From assembly GCA_964442645.1 (NCBI GenBank), contig CAYTZZ010000010.1:12638-76637 (forward strand): a DNA stretch of 64,000 nt, read 5' to 3'. Of the stretch, positions 10,304-23,155 are shown piece by piece (within the stretch, counting starts at the first letter, position 1; each line of letters starts with the position of its first letter). This DNA comes from an uncultured Bordetella sp. GTDB lineage: Bacteria; Pseudomonadota; Gammaproteobacteria; Burkholderiales; Burkholderiaceae_C. Below the pieces are notes generated by a model. It was not told the origin of the DNA, did not search any database, and saw nothing but the letters and a program-made list of their open reading frames with translations. The translations under genes were made by a program, and so were the position numbers.

Positions 10304-12172
10304 TCAGATCTCGATCTTGCTGCCCATCTCCACCACGGAGTTGCTGGGCAAGTTCAAAAAGTCGGCGGCGGCGCTGGCGTTCAGGTGCATCTGGGCGAAC
10401 AGCTTTTCGCGCCAGGTCGCCATGCCACCGCCCACGGTGGGCACAATGCTGTCGCGTGACAAGAAATAGCTGGTGCTCATGGGGTCCACCGGGCAACCGT
10501 GGCGCTTGAGTTGCGTTAGCGCGCCTGGCACATCGGGGTCGTTCTTGAAGCCGTAATTGATCACCACTTGCCAGCAATCATGGCCCAGTTGCTCAACCTG
10601 AAGCCGCTTGTCCAAGCCGACCCAAGGAATTTCATGGCTGCGCACCGTGACAAACAGATTGTGCGCATGCAGCACCTTGTTGTGCTTGAGGTTGTGCAAC
10701 ATGGCATTGGGCACGACGCCAGTTTCTGTGGTCAAAAAGACGGCCGTTCCATCCACGCGCACGGGCGGCGCGATGAAGACGGCATCCAGGAAAGATTTCA
10801 GGTCGAGCGCATCTTCACGGTGCTTTTCATTGAGCAGTTCTCGGCCATCGCGCCAGGTCAGCATGAAGGTGAGAATCACGCCGCCAATCACCAGGGGGAA
10901 CCAACCCCCTTCGGCCAGCTTCATCAGGTTGGAAGCCCAGAACGCGAAATCCACCACAAAGAAGATGCCGGTGGCCGAGATGCAAAGCCACAGGGGATAG
11001 CGCCAGCTGTACCGAATCACAAAGAAGGTCAGCACCGTGGTGATCAGCATGTCGGTGCACACCGCAATGCCGTAGGCAGCCGCCAGGTTGCTGGAGGACT
11101 TGAACATCACCACCGCCAACACAATGGCGCCAAACAAGCCCCAGTTCACAAACGGGATGTAGATTTGGCCGGTATCACGCACACTGGTGTGCTGAATTTG
11201 CAGGCGCGGCAAGAAGCCCAGCTGAATCACCTGCTTGGTGACACTGAAGGCGCCTGAAATCAGGGCTTGAGAGGCAATCACCGTGGCCGCCGTGGCCAAG
11301 ATCACCAGAGGCAACAAAGCCCAATCGGGCGCCATCATGAAGAACGGGTTCTTCACGGCATCGGGCTCATTCAACAGCAAGGCGCCCTGGCCGAAATAGT
11401 TCAGCGTCAAGGACGGCATGACGACGGCAAACCAGGCGAGGCGAATCGGCTTTTTGCCAAAATGTCCCATGTCCGCATACAAGGCCTCGCCCCCCGTGAC
11501 GCACAGCACCACCGCACCCAAGATGATGAAGGTGGTGCCCGGTTCATTGACAATGAACTTCAAAGCAAAGTGCGGGCTGATGGCCCACAAAATGGCGGGC
11601 TGCGAAGCGATGTGGTAAATGCCCAGCACGGAAATAGCCGCAAACCACACCAGGGTGATGGGGCCGAAAAATTTGCCAATGCCGCCTGTGCCGCGTTTTT
11701 GCACGGCAAACAAACCAAACAAAATGAGCAGCGTCAGGGGAATCACAAATTTCACGAAAGTGGGCGAGACCACCTCCAAGCCTTCGACGGCAGACAGCAC
11801 GGAGATGGCGGGCGTGATCACGCCGTCGCCATAAAAAAGACATGTGCCAAAAATCCCCACCAACAGCAAGACACTGCGCAAGCGCGGTCTGTCGCGCACC
11901 GAGGTAGACGCCAGCGCCAGCATCGCCACCAGGCCACCTTCGCCATTGTTGTCGGCTCGCAGCACCAAGCTCACATACTTGATGGAGACGATGGTGGTCA
12001 GGGTCCAAAAGAAAATGGAGAGGATGCCGTAAACATTGTCGGGCGTGAACGGCACGTGGCCTGAGCCAAACACCTCTTTCAGGGCGTACAGCACGCTGGT
12101 GCCGATGTCGCCATAGACAACGCCGATGGCTCCCAGCGTCAGGCCAGCCAGGGAAGATTTAGTGTGCTGCAT
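10304..12172 (-). CDS. kup: Kup potassium uptake transporter
   Basis: [61 protein letters not shown]. Confidence 0.96.
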   Translation of the reverse strand: MQHTKSSLAGLTLGAIGVVYGDIGTSVLYALKEVFGSGHVPFTPDNVYGILSIFFWTLTTIVSIKYVSLVLRADNNGEGGLVAMLALASTSVRDRPRLRSVLLLVGIFGTCLFYGDGVITPAISVLSAVEGLEVVSPTFVKFVIPLTLLILFGLFAVQKRGTGGIGKFFGPITLVWFAAISVLGIYHIASQPAILWAISPHFALKFIVNEPGTTFIILGAVVLCVTGGEALYADMGHFGKKPIRLAWFAVVMPSLTLNYFGQGALLLNEPDAVKNPFFMMAPDWALLPLVILATAATVIASQALISGAFSVTKQVIQLGFLPRLQIQHTSVRDTGQIYIPFVNWGLFGAIVLAVVMFKSSSNLAAAYGIAVCTDMLITTVLTFFVIRYSWRYPLWLCISATGIFFVVDFAFWASNLMKLAEGGWFPLVIGGVILTFMLTWRDGRELLNEKHREDALDLKSFLDAVFIAPPVRVDGTAVFLTTETGVVPNAMLHNLKHNKVLHAHNLFVTVRSHEIPWVGLDKRLQVEQLGHDCWQVVINYGFKNDPDVPGALTQLKRHGCPVDPMSTSYFLSRDSIVPTVGGGMATWREKLFAQMHLNASAAADFLNLPSNSVVEMGSKIEI

Positions 12173-12186
12173 GTTGTGTTTGAAAG

Positions 12187-13482
12187 TCAGTCGTAGATTT
12201 CAGCGTCGGGGTCGGTGGCTTCCAGCTCGTAGCTGGCGGCCAGCATGGCCAAGCGACCGATGACGCCATACATGTAGAAACGGTTGGGCGCACTGGCGCC
12301 GGCCTTGACCCCCGGTTGCGGGGTGTGGGCACTTTGCTCAAACGCCAAGGGCACAAAGCTGGCCCCGGGGGCATTCAAATTTTCATCGATGCCGCGCTCG
12401 GCATGCACACGGTAGAAGCCGCCCACCACATAGCGGTCCATCATGTAGACCACCGGTTCGGCCACAGCGTCGTTCATCCGCTCGTTGGTGAGCACGCCTT
12501 CTTGGATGATGACTTCGCTGACTTCCTGGCCGTCTTTGATGACGCTCATCTTGTTGCGGGTCTTGCGGTTCAACACGTCCAGGTCTTTGACGTCACGCAC
12601 GGTCATGATGCCCATGCCGTAAGTGCCGTTGTCGGCTTTCACCACCACGAAGGGCTTTTCCTGAATGCCGTACTCTTTGTACTTGCGGCGAATTTTGGTC
12701 AGCAACGCGTCCACATTGCTGCGCAGGCAATCCATGCCCGTGCCCTCGGCGAAATTGACCTCGCCGCATTTGCCAAACATCGGATTGATCAACCACGGGT
12801 CAATGCCCAGCAGCTTGCCAAAACGTTTGGCCACTTCTTCATAGCTGTCGAAGTGCTGGCTCTTGCGGCGAACGCTCCAGCCCGCATGCAGAGGCGGCAG
12901 CAGGTACTGCTCGTGCAAGTCTTCCAGAATGCCAGGGATGCCAGCACTGAGGTCGTTGTTGAGCAAAATGGTGCAGGGGTCGAAGTCTTTCAAGCCCAAG
13001 CGGCGTTTGCTGCGAATCACCGGCTCCAGGGTGACCTTGTCGCCGTTGGGCAAGTCCACCGTGAAGTTTTCCTTCAGCTCAGGATTGATCGAGCCAATGC
13101 GCACATTCAACCCGGCCATCTGAAAAATGCGCTGCAACTGCGCCACATTGGACAGATAAAAGGTGTTGCGTGTGTGGTTTTCGGGGATGACCAACAGGTT
13201 GCGGGCTTCGGGACAAATCTTTTCAATGGCCGCCATGGCGGCCTGCACCGCCAGAGGGAGCATCTCGGGGGTCAGGTTGTTCCAGCCCCCCGGATACAGG
13301 TTGGTATCGACGGGCGCCAGCTTGAAGCCCGCGTTGCGAATGTCCACCGAGCTGTAAAAAGGCGGGGTGTGCTCCATCCACTCCAGGCGAAACCAGCGCT
13401 CAATGGCGGGCATGGAATCGAGAATGCGCTGCTCGAGTTCGTTGATGGGGCCCGTCAAGGCGGTGATGAGATGGGGAACCAT
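12187..13482 (-). CDS. gshA: Glutamate--cysteine ligase (betaproteobacterial GshA type)
   Basis: [57 protein letters not shown]. Same transcription unit as gshB. Confidence 0.93.
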   Translation of the reverse strand: MVPHLITALTGPINELEQRILDSMPAIERWFRLEWMEHTPPFYSSVDIRNAGFKLAPVDTNLYPGGWNNLTPEMLPLAVQAAMAAIEKICPEARNLLVIPENHTRNTFYLSNVAQLQRIFQMAGLNVRIGSINPELKENFTVDLPNGDKVTLEPVIRSKRRLGLKDFDPCTILLNNDLSAGIPGILEDLHEQYLLPPLHAGWSVRRKSQHFDSYEEVAKRFGKLLGIDPWLINPMFGKCGEVNFAEGTGMDCLRSNVDALLTKIRRKYKEYGIQEKPFVVVKADNGTYGMGIMTVRDVKDLDVLNRKTRNKMSVIKDGQEVSEVIIQEGVLTNERMNDAVAEPVVYMMDRYVVGGFYRVHAERGIDENLNAPGASFVPLAFEQSAHTPQPGVKAGASAPNRFYMYGVIGRLAMLAASYELEATDPDAEIYD

Positions 13483-13566
13483 GGTGGCCTTCGCTTAAGT
13501 CGGGAGGATTCTAGGACTTTGGGGCGCTCGCCGCAGGATCAACGCCCGGACTGTTGTGCCGGCGAC

Positions 13567-14847
13567 TCAGCTGCGAATTTCGCCCTGCCCCAACACCACG
13601 TATTTGAGCGAGGTCAGCCCCTCGATGCCCACAGGCCCGCGGGCATGGAATTTGTCAGTCGAAATACCTATTTCTGCGCCGAGGCCGTATTCGAAACCAT
13701 CTGCGAAGCGAGTGCTCGCATTGACCATGACACTGGAGGAGTCAACCTCGCGCAAAAATTTCTGCGCATGCGTGTGGTCGGTGGTCAAAATGGCGTCAGT
13801 ATGGTGACTGGCGTAGTGATTGATGTGCGCAATGGCTTCATCCACGTCGGCGACCACCTTGATGCTGATGATGGGCGCCAGGTATTCCTCGTACCAATCT
13901 TGTTCGGTGGCGGCCACTGCATGGGCGCCGGGCACCGCAGACACCAGAGTCAGTGACTCGGGGCAGCAACGCATTTCCACCCCTTTGCTTGCATACACCT
14001 TCGCGATGCGGGGCAAAAACTCGGCCGCCACATTACGCGCCACCAGCAAGCCTTCGCTGGCATTGCAGGGGCTGTACTTTTGCGTCTTGGCGTTGTCGGC
14101 CACGCGCACCGCCATGTCCAGGTCGCAAGGGTCGTCGACATAGGTATGGCAGTTGCCGTCCAGGTGCTTGATGACAGGCACCTTGGCCTCACGGCTGATG
14201 CGCTCGATCAAGCCCTTGCCGCCACGCGGAATGATGACGTCGACATACTCGGGCATGGCGATCAACTGGCCCACCGCTTCGCGGTCGGTGGTGGGCACCA
14301 GCTGCACCGCATCCTGGGGCAGGCCGCTGTCCGCCAGCGCCTGGCGAACCAGTTGCGCCAAGGCCTTGTTGGACTCAATGGCTTCCGAACCGCCCCGCAA
14401 AATGCAGGCATTGCCGCTCTTGATGGACAGCGAGGCCGCCTCGATGGTGACATTGGGGCGGCTCTCGAAAATCATGCCGAAAACGCCAATGGGCACGCGC
14501 ATCTGCCCCACGCGGATGCCGCTGGGCTGCTGGCGCATGCCCAGAATTTCGCCGATCACATCGGGCATGGCGGCCAGTTGCTCACATCCCAGCGCGCAGG
14601 TTTCGATCACCTTGGGCGTGAGCTTGAGGCGGTCCACCATGGGTTCGGCCAATCCCGCTGCTCGGGCGCGGTTGAGGTCGAGCGCGTTGGCGTCTCGCAA
14701 GGCCTGGGTTTGCGCGCGCAACGACTGGGCCAGCTGGCGCAGGGCCAGGTTTTTCTGGGCCGTGGACGCTTTGGCCATGGCGGCCGAGGCCGCCTTGGCT
14801 TGGGAGCCCAGGACGCGCATCAATTCGGCGGTGTGGGTGGCATTCAT
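13567..14847 (-). CDS. proA: Gamma-glutamyl phosphate reductase
   Basis: [69 protein letters not shown] at 14847 overlaps the holA stop. Confidence 0.96.
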   Translation of the reverse strand: MNATHTAELMRVLGSQAKAASAAMAKASTAQKNLALRQLAQSLRAQTQALRDANALDLNRARAAGLAEPMVDRLKLTPKVIETCALGCEQLAAMPDVIGEILGMRQQPSGIRVGQMRVPIGVFGMIFESRPNVTIEAASLSIKSGNACILRGGSEAIESNKALAQLVRQALADSGLPQDAVQLVPTTDREAVGQLIAMPEYVDVIIPRGGKGLIERISREAKVPVIKHLDGNCHTYVDDPCDLDMAVRVADNAKTQKYSPCNASEGLLVARNVAAEFLPRIAKVYASKGVEMRCCPESLTLVSAVPGAHAVAATEQDWYEEYLAPIISIKVVADVDEAIAHINHYASHHTDAILTTDHTHAQKFLREVDSSSVMVNASTRFADGFEYGLGAEIGISTDKFHARGPVGIEGLTSLKYVVLGQGEIRS

Positions 14848-15911
14848 GGCGTGATTTTCGCAGACTGTGCGCAAGCGCGGCACAACATCATGGCCAGTCG
14901 GTGCAAGGCCTGCCAGCTGTCGACCGGCCAGTCGGGGGCTTTGAGGCCTTTGACCAGGCCATCCACGGTGTGGGCGGCATGCAACAGGTTGTCCAAAGCC
15001 ATGGGGGTCAGCCGCGGCAGCACGCGCTCGAACAAGCGCTCTTTCAGGCCCCAAACGCGTTGCTCACGCATGGCCATGGGCAAGGGCTGCCCCAGACTCA
15101 CGGCATCTTTGACACGCTTCAAGGCGCGAATGTCTTCGGCCAAGGTGTAGTGCACCAGCACTTCCGATTCGCCCTCTGCCTGCAAACCGTCCAGCATGCG
15201 CTGCACTCGGGGGGCATTGCCTGCCAACACGGCTTCGGACAGCTTGAACACGTCGTAACGCGCCACATTCAGCACCGCGGACTCCACCTGCTCGAAACTC
15301 AACTCGCCAGCGGGATACAGCAAGCCCAGTTTTTGGATCTCCTGGTGGGCGGCCAGCAGGTTGCCCTCCACCCGATCGGCAAAAAATTGCAGCGTGCGCT
15401 GGCCTTCTTCACCGGACAACACGCGTTGCTGTTGCTGTGACAAGCGCTGCGCAATCCACTGCGGCAGCGCCTGGCGCTCCACACTGTCGATCTGCAAGCT
15501 CACGCCTTGCCCATCCAATGCGGCAAACCAGGCGCTGGAGCGCGTCGCTTTGTCCAGTCGCGGCAAGAGCACCAGGGTGAGCACGCTGTCGTTGCCACGG
15601 GCCGTGTCCGCCAGTTGTTGCAGGGCGGCGCTGCCGTCCTTGCCGGGCTTGCCAGAAGGTATGCGGACCTCCACCATCTGGCGATCTGCAAAAAGGCTCA
15701 TCGAACCGCCTGCTGCCAAAACCTCACCCCAATCAAAATGGGCGCCGGCCACAGTGAACACGCTGCGCTCGGTGTAACCCTGTGCCCGGGCGGTCGCACG
15801 AATCAGGTCAGCCGCCTCTTGCACCAACAAGGCTTCATCGCCATGCAGGGTGTAGAGGCTGCGCAGGCCCTTGGCCAGATGAGCTTCAAGTTGAGCCGTG
15901 GCAACTTGCAT
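14844..15911 (-). CDS. holA: DNA polymerase III delta subunit
   Basis: [48 protein letters not shown]. Canonical leuS-lptE-holA order. Confidence 0.93.
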   Translation of the reverse strand: MQVATAQLEAHLAKGLRSLYTLHGDEALLVQEAADLIRATARAQGYTERSVFTVAGAHFDWGEVLAAGGSMSLFADRQMVEVRIPSGKPGKDGSAALQQLADTARGNDSVLTLVLLPRLDKATRSSAWFAALDGQGVSLQIDSVERQALPQWIAQRLSQQQQRVLSGEEGQRTLQFFADRVEGNLLAAHQEIQKLGLLYPAGELSFEQVESAVLNVARYDVFKLSEAVLAGNAPRVQRMLDGLQAEGESEVLVHYTLAEDIRALKRVKDAVSLGQPLPMAMREQRVWGLKERLFERVLPRLTPMALDNLLHAAHTVDGLVKGLKAPDWPVDSWQALHRLAMMLCRACAQSAKITP

Positions 15912-15921
15912 GGTGGGCGCC

Positions 15922-16434
15922 TCAGATGTCGCGCAAGGTCGCCAGCCTGCGCAGAATTTGGCGGACCAAATCGGATTGCATGTTGCGGTACAGCAAGTCT
16001 TCTTCGGCTTCCTTGGCCAGCGCAGCGCTTTCGCTGTAGCTGATGTCGCGCTGCTGCACCATTTCGGTGTCGGGAATTCTTTCAATGCCCTGGCGATTGC
16101 GCACTTTGAAGCGCAGGCGTATGCGCAACTGGTATTCGCGGACGGCGCCTGTGGAGGTTCGGCCCAACACCACTTTTTCGCGCAGTTCTTGCAACAACTC
16201 AAACACCAGGTCAGCGCGCTCCACTTGGCGCTGATCGGTGATCAAGCTCACACCGCCCGCGGCCGCCATCGCGCGCTGCAACTCCAGGCCCAGTTGCGAC
16301 ATCGGTGGCACGGCCAAATAAATGGACTGAAAAGCAAAGCTGGGCGGCTTGCGCAACTCGAAGCCACACCCCGCCAAAAGCAAAGCCAGGGAACCTGTCC
16401 CCAGCAAAGATCGGCGGCGCAGTGTGGCCCGCAT
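15922..16434 (-). CDS. lptE: LPS-assembly lipoprotein LptE
   Basis: Lipobox LLAGC followed by GFELR; AKEAEEDLLYRNMQSDLVRQILRRL. Lies between leuS and holA. Confidence 0.9.
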   Translation of the reverse strand: MRATLRRRSLLGTGSLALLLAGCGFELRKPPSFAFQSIYLAVPPMSQLGLELQRAMAAAGGVSLITDQRQVERADLVFELLQELREKVVLGRTSTGAVREYQLRIRLRFKVRNRQGIERIPDTEMVQQRDISYSESAALAKEAEEDLLYRNMQSDLVRQILRRLATLRDI

Positions 16435-16436
16435 GC

Positions 16437-19112
16437 TCAAAGCACCAAGTTGACCAGACGACCTGGCACCACAATGACTTTTTTGGGTGCGGCGCCCTGG
16501 GCTTGCTTTTGGAACGGCTCGCTGGCAATGGCCAGCTTTTCGATGTCGTCCTTGCTGGCGCTGGCGGGCACCTGTATCGCGCCACGCAGCTTGCCATTGA
16601 CTTGCAGCATGAGTTCGATTTCGTCGCGTTGCAGCGCTTGCTCGTCGACCTGCGGCCAAGGCGCATCCAGCAAATGGCCGACCGCTTGCTCAAAGCCCAG
16701 GTCCACCCAAATGGCATCGGTGATGTGCGGGCACACCGGGTAGAGCATGCGCATGAGCAGGGACACGCCCTCGCACAGCACAGCGCTGTCGCCGGCACTG
16801 CCATCGGGCTTGAAATCTTCCAGCACATTGAGCAACTTCATGCAGCCCGACACCACGGTGTTGTATTGCATGCGCTCGTAGTCATAGCTGACTTGCTTGA
16901 GCACCAAATGCACCTCGCGGCGCAAAGCTTGTGCCGAAGCGCCCAGCGCAGCCGAGGACAGGTCGCTGGCCGTGGCTTGGCGGATAGCCTCCTGGTGGCG
17001 TGCGGCAAAGTTCCACACCCGGCGCAAAAAGCGCGCGCTGCCCTCCACTGCCGAGTCATTCCACTCCAGCGTGGCCTCAGGTGGGGCGGTGAACATGGTG
17101 TACAGGCGTGCGGTGTCGGCACCGTATTTTTCAATCAGGTCTTGCGGGTCGACGCCGTTGTTTTTGCTCTTGCTCATGGTGCCCACGCCTTCGTAGGTCA
17201 CCAGCGTGCCGGCAGGCAGGTCGCCTTTGGCTTCCTTCAGGCGCGCGCCCGTGACTTTGCCGCTGTCATCGTGCTGGTCTTCCACTTCATGGGGCCAGAA
17301 GTATTCGATGCCGCCCTTTTCGCCTTTGCGCGAGTAAATGTGGTTCAGCACCATGCCTTGCGTGAGCAAGCGGGTGAAGGGCTCGTCGACCTTCACCAGG
17401 CCGAGGTCGCGCATCACCTTGGTCCAGAAGCGCGCGTACAAGAGGTGAAGAATGGCGTGCTCTATGCCGCCGATGTACTGGTCCATGGGCATCCAGTACT
17501 GGGCACCCTCTGCCACCATCTTGGCGTCATTGGTGGGGTCGCAGTAGCGCATGAAATACCAGGACGAATCCACAAAGGTGTCCATGGTGTCGGTTTCACG
17601 GCGCGCCGGCTTGCCGCACACCGGGCAGGTCACGCCATGGTGAAAGCCCTCGTGCTTGTTCAGCGGGTTGCCCGAGCCATCGGGAATGCAATCTTGCGGC
17701 AAGACCACGGGCAGGTCTTTTTCGGGCACCGGCACAGCGCCGTGCTCATCGCAATGGATGATGGGGATGGGGGTGCCCCAGTAACGCTGGCGAGAAATGC
17801 CCCAATCGCGCAAGCGCCATGTGGTTTTCTTTTCGCCAAGGCCTTTGGCGGCCAAGTCTGCGGCGACTGCGTTGACGCAGTCTTTGAAGGCCTTGCCGTC
17901 ATAGGGGCCGGAATGGACCGCCACGCCGGCGCCTTTTTCCGCATACCAGTCTTGCCACTGGGTAGCGTCAAAGGCGCGCGGTCCGTTGGCATCCGACACC
18001 GACACCACTTGTTGAATGGGCAACTGGTATTTGAGGGCAAACGCAAAGTCGCGCTCGTCGTGCGCGGGCACGCCCATGACGGCGCCATCGCCATAGGTCA
18101 TGAGCACATAGTTGCCCACCCACACATCGACCTTTTGGCCGGTGAGGGGGTGGGTTACCTGCAAGCCCGTGGGCATGCCCTCTTTTTCCTTGAGCGCCAA
18201 CTCGGCTTCGGTGGTGCCGCCTTTCTTGCATTCATCAACGAAGGCCGCCAGCTTGGGCTGCGACAAGGCCGCTTGGGTGGCCAAGGGGTGCTCGGGCGCC
18301 ACAGCACAAAAGGTCACGCCCATGATGGTGTCGGGGCGCGTGGTGAAGACGTACATGCGGCCATCGCCAATCAAGCCGCCTTGGGCATCGCGGATGTCGT
18401 GGGTGAAGGCAAAGCGCACGCCCTCGGTTTTGCCAATCCAGTTTTCCTGCATCAGCTTGACGCGCTCGGGCCAACCCGGCATCTTGTCGCCGGTCACAAA
18501 AGACAGCAGCTCTTCTGCGTAGTCAGTGATCTTCAGGTAGTAGCCCGGGATTTCACGCTTTTCGACCACGGCACCGGTGCGCCAGCCCTTGCCATCGATG
18601 ACCTGCTCGTTGGCCAGCACGGTTTGGTCCACCGGGTCCCAGTTGACGATTTGGGTCTTGCGGTAGGCCACGCCCTTTTCGAGCATTTTCAGAAACAGCC
18701 ACTGGTTCCATTTGTAGTAGCTGGCATCGCAGGTGGCCACTTCGCGCGACCAGTCGATCGCCAGGCCCATCGCCTGCATCTGCTTTTTCATGTAGGCAAT
18801 GTTTTCGTAGGTCCACTTGGCGGGTGGCACGCCGTTCTTCAGCGCTGCGTTTTCGGCGGGCAAGCCAAACGCGTCCCAGCCCATGGGCATGAGGACGTTG
18901 TAGCCCTTCATGCGCAGATGGCGCGTGAGCATGTCGTTGATGGTGTAGTTGCGCACGTGACCCATGTGCAGCTTGCCGCTGGGGTAGGGCAGCATGGAGC
19001 AGGCATAGAACTTCTTCTTGCTGGCGTCCTCGGTGACACGGTAGGCATCGCGTGCCGACCACGCAGTCTGCACGGCACGCTCAATCTCATTGGGGTTGAA
19101 TTTTTCTTGCAT
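16437..19112 (-). CDS. leuS: Leucyl-tRNA synthetase
   Basis: [11 protein letters not shown] (HIGH-like), [29 protein letters not shown] (KMSKS-like). Confidence 0.98.
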   Translation of the reverse strand: MQEKFNPNEIERAVQTAWSARDAYRVTEDASKKKFYACSMLPYPSGKLHMGHVRNYTINDMLTRHLRMKGYNVLMPMGWDAFGLPAENAALKNGVPPAKWTYENIAYMKKQMQAMGLAIDWSREVATCDASYYKWNQWLFLKMLEKGVAYRKTQIVNWDPVDQTVLANEQVIDGKGWRTGAVVEKREIPGYYLKITDYAEELLSFVTGDKMPGWPERVKLMQENWIGKTEGVRFAFTHDIRDAQGGLIGDGRMYVFTTRPDTIMGVTFCAVAPEHPLATQAALSQPKLAAFVDECKKGGTTEAELALKEKEGMPTGLQVTHPLTGQKVDVWVGNYVLMTYGDGAVMGVPAHDERDFAFALKYQLPIQQVVSVSDANGPRAFDATQWQDWYAEKGAGVAVHSGPYDGKAFKDCVNAVAADLAAKGLGEKKTTWRLRDWGISRQRYWGTPIPIIHCDEHGAVPVPEKDLPVVLPQDCIPDGSGNPLNKHEGFHHGVTCPVCGKPARRETDTMDTFVDSSWYFMRYCDPTNDAKMVAEGAQYWMPMDQYIGGIEHAILHLLYARFWTKVMRDLGLVKVDEPFTRLLTQGMVLNHIYSRKGEKGGIEYFWPHEVEDQHDDSGKVTGARLKEAKGDLPAGTLVTYEGVGTMSKSKNNGVDPQDLIEKYGADTARLYTMFTAPPEATLEWNDSAVEGSARFLRRVWNFAARHQEAIRQATASDLSSAALGASAQALRREVHLVLKQVSYDYERMQYNTVVSGCMKLLNVLEDFKPDGSAGDSAVLCEGVSLLMRMLYPVCPHITDAIWVDLGFEQAVGHLLDAPWPQVDEQALQRDEIELMLQVNGKLRGAIQVPASASKDDIEKLAIASEPFQKQAQGAAPKKVIVVPGRLVNLVL

Positions 19113-19177
19113 AAGGTGTCTCGTCAGAACCTCCTGCGCACATCAACCTGTGCCGAGGAAATTCTGAAATAAAGGGT

Positions 19178-19987
19178 TCAGCGAAGGCCCAGCACGTCGA
19201 ACATGTCGAACAGGCCGTGAGGTTGCTGGGCCAGGAAATGCGCGGCACGCAGGCTGCCTTGGGCATAAGTGCTGCGGCTGGAGGATTTGTGGGTCACTTC
19301 AATGCGCTCGCCGGTGCCCGCAAACAACACCGTGTGGTCGCCCACAATGTCGCCGCCGCGAATGGTGGAAAAACCAATGGTGGAGGGCTCGCGCTCGCCG
19401 GTGTGGCCCTCGCGGGCGTAGACCGCGCAGCTCTTCAGGTCACGGCCGATGGCGTCGGCAATGACCTCGCCCATTTTGAGCGCCGTGCCCGATGGCGCAT
19501 CCACCTTGTGGCGGTGGTGCGCTTCGATGATCTCAATGTCGTACCCGGTGGCCAGGGCCTTGGCTGCCATTTCGAGCAATTTGAGTGTGACATTGACGCC
19601 CACGCTCATGTTGGGCGCCATGACAATGGCGATGTCTTTGGCCGCCTCGGCAATTTGCGTTTTTTGCGCATCACTGAAGCCGGTGGTGCCAATCACCATG
19701 CGCACACCGAGCTCGCGGCAGATGGCCAAATGCGCCATCGTGCCCTCTGGGCGGGTGAAGTCAATCAGGCATTGCGCTTGCGACAGCCCGGCGCGCAAGT
19801 CAGACTGAATCTGCACCCCACTGGCATGCCCAAGAAAAGCGCTGGCGTCCTGCCCTAAGGCAGGGCTGCCTTGAATGTCCAGCGCACCGGCCAACACACA
19901 CGCCGAATCGTTGCGAACGGCCTCGATCAGCATGTGGCCCATGCGGCCACTGGCGCCAGCGATGGCAATACGAAGGGGTGAGCTCAT
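19178..19987 (-). CDS. dapB: 4-hydroxy-tetrahydrodipicolinate reductase
   Basis: [38 protein letters not shown]. Confidence 0.96.
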   Translation of the reverse strand: MSSPLRIAIAGASGRMGHMLIEAVRNDSACVLAGALDIQGSPALGQDASAFLGHASGVQIQSDLRAGLSQAQCLIDFTRPEGTMAHLAICRELGVRMVIGTTGFSDAQKTQIAEAAKDIAIVMAPNMSVGVNVTLKLLEMAAKALATGYDIEIIEAHHRHKVDAPSGTALKMGEVIADAIGRDLKSCAVYAREGHTGEREPSTIGFSTIRGGDIVGDHTVLFAGTGERIEVTHKSSSRSTYAQGSLRAAHFLAQQPHGLFDMFDVLGLR

Positions 19988-20002
19988 GAGAAATCTCCGG
20001 AA

Positions 20003-20545
20003 TCAGCGGACCGGACTTTCCAGCGGCGGATAGTCCATGGAAACGGGGGCGGCGGGCGCGACAGGCTCTTGTGCCTGGGAGGGTTTGAAAGGCTGCAACT
20101 CTTGGGGGGTGGCCTCAAGGCGAGGCACTTTTTTCGGGCCCGTCTTTCGGACATCGATGCCTGCGGCAAATTCGGCCTCACTGGGCATCTCATCGGCTTC
20201 CAAGCGGGACATCAAGTTGTTTTCAAAAAACACCGAGAGCTTGCGCTGCTGTGATTGCGCGCCCTGACGCTTGATGGTGAACGCGTAATCCCAGCGGTCT
20301 GCGTGAAACAAACTGGAAATCAAAGGCGTCCCCAAAATGTCCTTGACTTGCTGGCGTGTGAAGCCGGGGCGCAGGATCGAGAGCTGCTCTCTCGTCACGA
20401 CGTTGCCTTGAATGAGCTCGACCCGATAAGGCGTAAACAAGTTGGCCATTTTTTCAACGGGTTTGTCCACCGTCGAGCAGGCCACCAGCAGGCTGGCGCA
20501 AGCGGCCACGCAGCCTGTTTTAAGCGAGTGGGGGCGTGCAGTCAT
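20003..20545 (-). CDS. bamE: Outer-membrane assembly lipoprotein BamE (SmpA/OmlA)
   Basis: Lipobox LVAC; PYRVELIQGNVV, LGTPLISSLFHADRWDY. Divergent from fur, the conserved arrangement. Confidence 0.92.
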   Translation of the reverse strand: MTARPHSLKTGCVAACASLLVACSTVDKPVEKMANLFTPYRVELIQGNVVTREQLSILRPGFTRQQVKDILGTPLISSLFHADRWDYAFTIKRQGAQSQQRKLSVFFENNLMSRLEADEMPSEAEFAAGIDVRKTGPKKVPRLEATPQELQPFKPSQAQEPVAPAAPVSMDYPPLESPVR

Positions 20546-20633
20546 GGGGTTCCATTGGGCAAAGGCTATGATCTGCGAATTGTAGCGGTCAGACCCCTCT
20601 TGCGCCGCGCCTTCCTGCGACCGAAAGTGTGAC

Positions 20634-21065
20634 ATGCCCTCGATTGACGATCTCAAGAGCACAGGCCTGAAGGCCACACTGCCGCGACTGAAAATTCTGG
20701 AGATGTTTCAGCGCGGCCCGACCCGCCACATGACCGCTGAAGACGTCTACCGTCGCGTCCTGGAAGAGCGCATCGACATTGGCTTGGCCACCGTTTACCG
20801 CGTGCTGACGCAGTTTGAGCAAGCGGGCATCCTCACGCGCAACAATTTCGAGGGCGGCAAAGCCATTTATGAGCTGGATGAGGGGCAACACCATGACCAC
20901 CTGGTCTGCATGGATTGCGGTCGTGTTGAAGAGTTTTTTGACCCAGAAATCGAGTCACGCCAACAGCGCATTGCCAAAGCCAAGGGGTTTGAGTTGGTGG
21001 ACCATGCCCTGAGTTTGTACGCGCATTGCCGTCAAAAGAATTGCCCGCACCGCCCGGCAGGCTGA
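20634..21065 (+). CDS. fur: Ferric uptake regulator
   Basis: [37 protein letters not shown]. Confidence 0.96.
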   Translation: MPSIDDLKSTGLKATLPRLKILEMFQRGPTRHMTAEDVYRRVLEERIDIGLATVYRVLTQFEQAGILTRNNFEGGKAIYELDEGQHHDHLVCMDCGRVEEFFDPEIESRQQRIAKAKGFELVDHALSLYAHCRQKNCPHRPAG

Positions 21066-21071
21066 AGCGCC

Positions 21072-22019
21072 TCAGTGCTGTTCCATGGCGCGGCGATGCC
21101 GCTCCACAAAATCGTCGTAGGTGTTGATGCCCCGCAATTGCAGAATGGAGTTGCGCACCGCGGCCTCGACCAGCACCGCGATGTTGCGGCCTGCGACCAC
21201 CTGAATCACCACTTTGCGTACCGGGATGCCCAGCACGTCTTGCGTCAAGGGCTCGTGCGGCAGGCGCTCATAGTCTCGCTCCAGCGTTTCGCGCCGCACC
21301 AGGTGCACGATCAGCTTCAGGCGCATTTTGCGGCGGACCGCCGTTTCGCCAAAGATAGCCCGAATGTCCAGCAAGCCAATGCCGCGCACTTCCAGCAGGT
21401 TTTGCAGCAGCTCAGGGCAACGCCCTTCGATGGTGGTCTGGTTGATTCGGTACAAATCGACGGCGTCATCCGCCACCAAGCCATTGCCCCGGGAAATCAG
21501 CTCCAAGCCCAGCTCACTCTTGCCCAGACCAGACTCTCCGGTGATCATCACGCCCAGGCCCAGAATGTCCATGAACACGCCATGCATCGAGGTGCGGTCG
21601 GCAAAATGCTTGGACAAGTAAGCCCGCAACAAATCGATCACAAATGCGGAAGATTCGTGGGTGGAAAACAAGGGAATCTGGGCGCGTTCACACAGCGAGA
21701 CCAAGGCGTCAGGCGGTTGCTGGCCGTCGGCGAGCACCAACACCGGCGGCTCCAAGGTCACAATGCGGGCGATGCGACGCGCACAGTCTTCAGGGGTCGC
21801 ATTGGTCAGGTAGCGAACCTCGCGCTCGCCCAGCAATTGCAAGCGGTACGGGTGTATGTAGTTGAGGTAACCGACCAAGTCGGCGCCCGAGCGGGCGGCG
21901 CGCACGGCCACTTCGTCAAAACGACGCTCGGAGGCCCCCAGCCCGGCCACCCATTCCCAGCGGAGTTTTTGGCGGAAATCTTCGAACAGAACCTCGGCAC
22001 TGACAACGGTCGGTTTCAC
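21072..22019 (-). CDS. hprK: HPr kinase/phosphorylase
   Basis: Walker [37 protein letters not shown] start at 22019 with GAGGAG upstream. Confidence 0.93.
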   Translation of the reverse strand: MKPTVVSAEVLFEDFRQKLRWEWVAGLGASERRFDEVAVRAARSGADLVGYLNYIHPYRLQLLGEREVRYLTNATPEDCARRIARIVTLEPPVLVLADGQQPPDALVSLCERAQIPLFSTHESSAFVIDLLRAYLSKHFADRTSMHGVFMDILGLGVMITGESGLGKSELGLELISRGNGLVADDAVDLYRINQTTIEGRCPELLQNLLEVRGIGLLDIRAIFGETAVRRKMRLKLIVHLVRRETLERDYERLPHEPLTQDVLGIPVRKVVIQVVAGRNIAVLVEAAVRNSILQLRGINTYDDFVERHRRAMEQH

Positions 22020-22047
22020 GTTCGAACTTCTCCTCGGTCGGCCGCCC

Positions 22048-22515
22048 TCAAGCGGTCTGGGCGGAATTCCAGGTGGCGATGGTGGTGTGCAAAACCTGCG
22101 CGTCGGTGCAGGCTTTGAGCTTTTCGCGCAAGGCGGAATCGCTGAGCAGTTCGGCGATTTCGGACAAAATTTCCAAGTGTTTCTGTGTCGAAGCCTCGGG
22201 CACCAGCAAAAAGATGAGCAAGGCCACGGGCGCCTCGTCAGGCGCATCGAAGCCAATCGGCTCGTGCAACTGAAACACCGCCGCCATGGGGGACTTGAGC
22301 CCTTTGATGCGCCCATGAGGAATGGCCACGCCGTGGCCCAAACCCGTGGAACCCAGACGCTCCCGGGCAAACAAGCTGTCTGCCACCAGGGCCCGGTTCA
22401 AGCCGTGCAGGCTCTCAAACAGCAGCCCGGCTTCTTCAAAAGCACGTTTTTTGCTGGTGACATCCACGCCCACAAGGACGTGGGCAGGTGGCAAGATGGC
22501 GGCAAGTCGATTCAT
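22048..22515 (-). CDS. ptsN: PTS IIA nitrogen-regulatory protein
   Basis: [19 protein letters not shown] (phospho-His motif); downstream of hpf. Confidence 0.93.
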   Translation of the reverse strand: MNRLAAILPPAHVLVGVDVTSKKRAFEEAGLLFESLHGLNRALVADSLFARERLGSTGLGHGVAIPHGRIKGLKSPMAAVFQLHEPIGFDAPDEAPVALLIFLLVPEASTQKHLEILSEIAELLSDSALREKLKACTDAQVLHTTIATWNSAQTA

Positions 22516-22601
22516 GATGAGCGGCTGATTATGCACCCGCCAGCGACGCACGGGTACACCACAACATGAATAAAAAATGCTTCTTTTCGGCGTGCGCCAT
22601 G

Positions 22602-22626
22602 AAAAAAGCCGCCCGAGGGCGGCTTT
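22602..22626 (-). terminator. Intrinsic terminator after hpf
   Basis: Minus strand reads AAAGCCGCC-CTCG-GGCGGCTTT-TTT, just past the hpf stop. Confidence 0.75.
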
Positions 22627-22641
22627 CACGCGTCGCCTGGC

Positions 22642-22971
22642 TTACATCGCGCGCTTGGCGGTGGCGTGATGATGGTCTTGCAAGCGGTCTTTGTGGCGCA
22701 CCACCTGGCGGTCCAACTTGTCGACCAAATCATCCACAGCCGCATAAAGGTCTTCATGGGCGCTTTCTGCGAACATGTCGTTGCCTTTCACATGAATATT
22801 GCACTCCGCGCGCTGGCGCTTTTCCTTCTCCTTCTGTTTTTCAACGGTCAGCAGAACTTTGACATCCACCACTTGGTCAAAGTGGCGAATGACCCGGTCT
22901 AATTTTTGGGTCACATAGCTGCGCAAGGCAGGTGTGACTTCCAAATGGTGACCACTGATCGTCAGATTCAT
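22642..22971 (-). CDS. hpf: Ribosome hibernation promoting factor (HPF/RaiA)
   Basis: [47 protein letters not shown]. Confidence 0.95.
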   Translation of the reverse strand: MNLTISGHHLEVTPALRSYVTQKLDRVIRHFDQVVDVKVLLTVEKQKEKEKRQRAECNIHVKGNDMFAESAHEDLYAAVDDLVDKLDRQVVRHKDRLQDHHHATAKRAM

Positions 22972-23103
22972 AGCGCGCCTCCTTATAGCTATCGATGAGA
23001 GATGTCTGCGAGCGCCGACCGTGCTTGTTTTAGCCTGCGCCCACGGTTTCACTATGCGCCGACTGCCTCAGAAAAGCAACTCTCTACCGCACAAACTTTT
23101 TGC

Positions 23104-23133
23104 TTGGCTGCCAGCCTCTGCCAATGCCATAAT
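23104..23133 (+). promoter_or_regulatory. Candidate sigma70 promoter for the corA leader
   Basis: TTGGCT-18 nt-CATAAT with a TG extended -10 element (TGC-CATAAT). Implies a leader of about 140 nt. Confidence 0.4.
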
Positions 23134-23155
23134 GCGTGCTTCACAAACAGCGGAG

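Noticed and set aside
16305-19172. 955-aa plus-strand ORF
   Set aside because: Codon-aligned antisense shadow of leuS. TTA, CTA and TCA codons are rare in this GC-rich genome, so antisense stops are rare. No recognisable motifs.
20546-20633. Fur box in the bamE/fur spacer
   Set aside because: No convincing match to the 19-bp GATAATGATAATCATTATC consensus; only -10-like hexamers on each strand.
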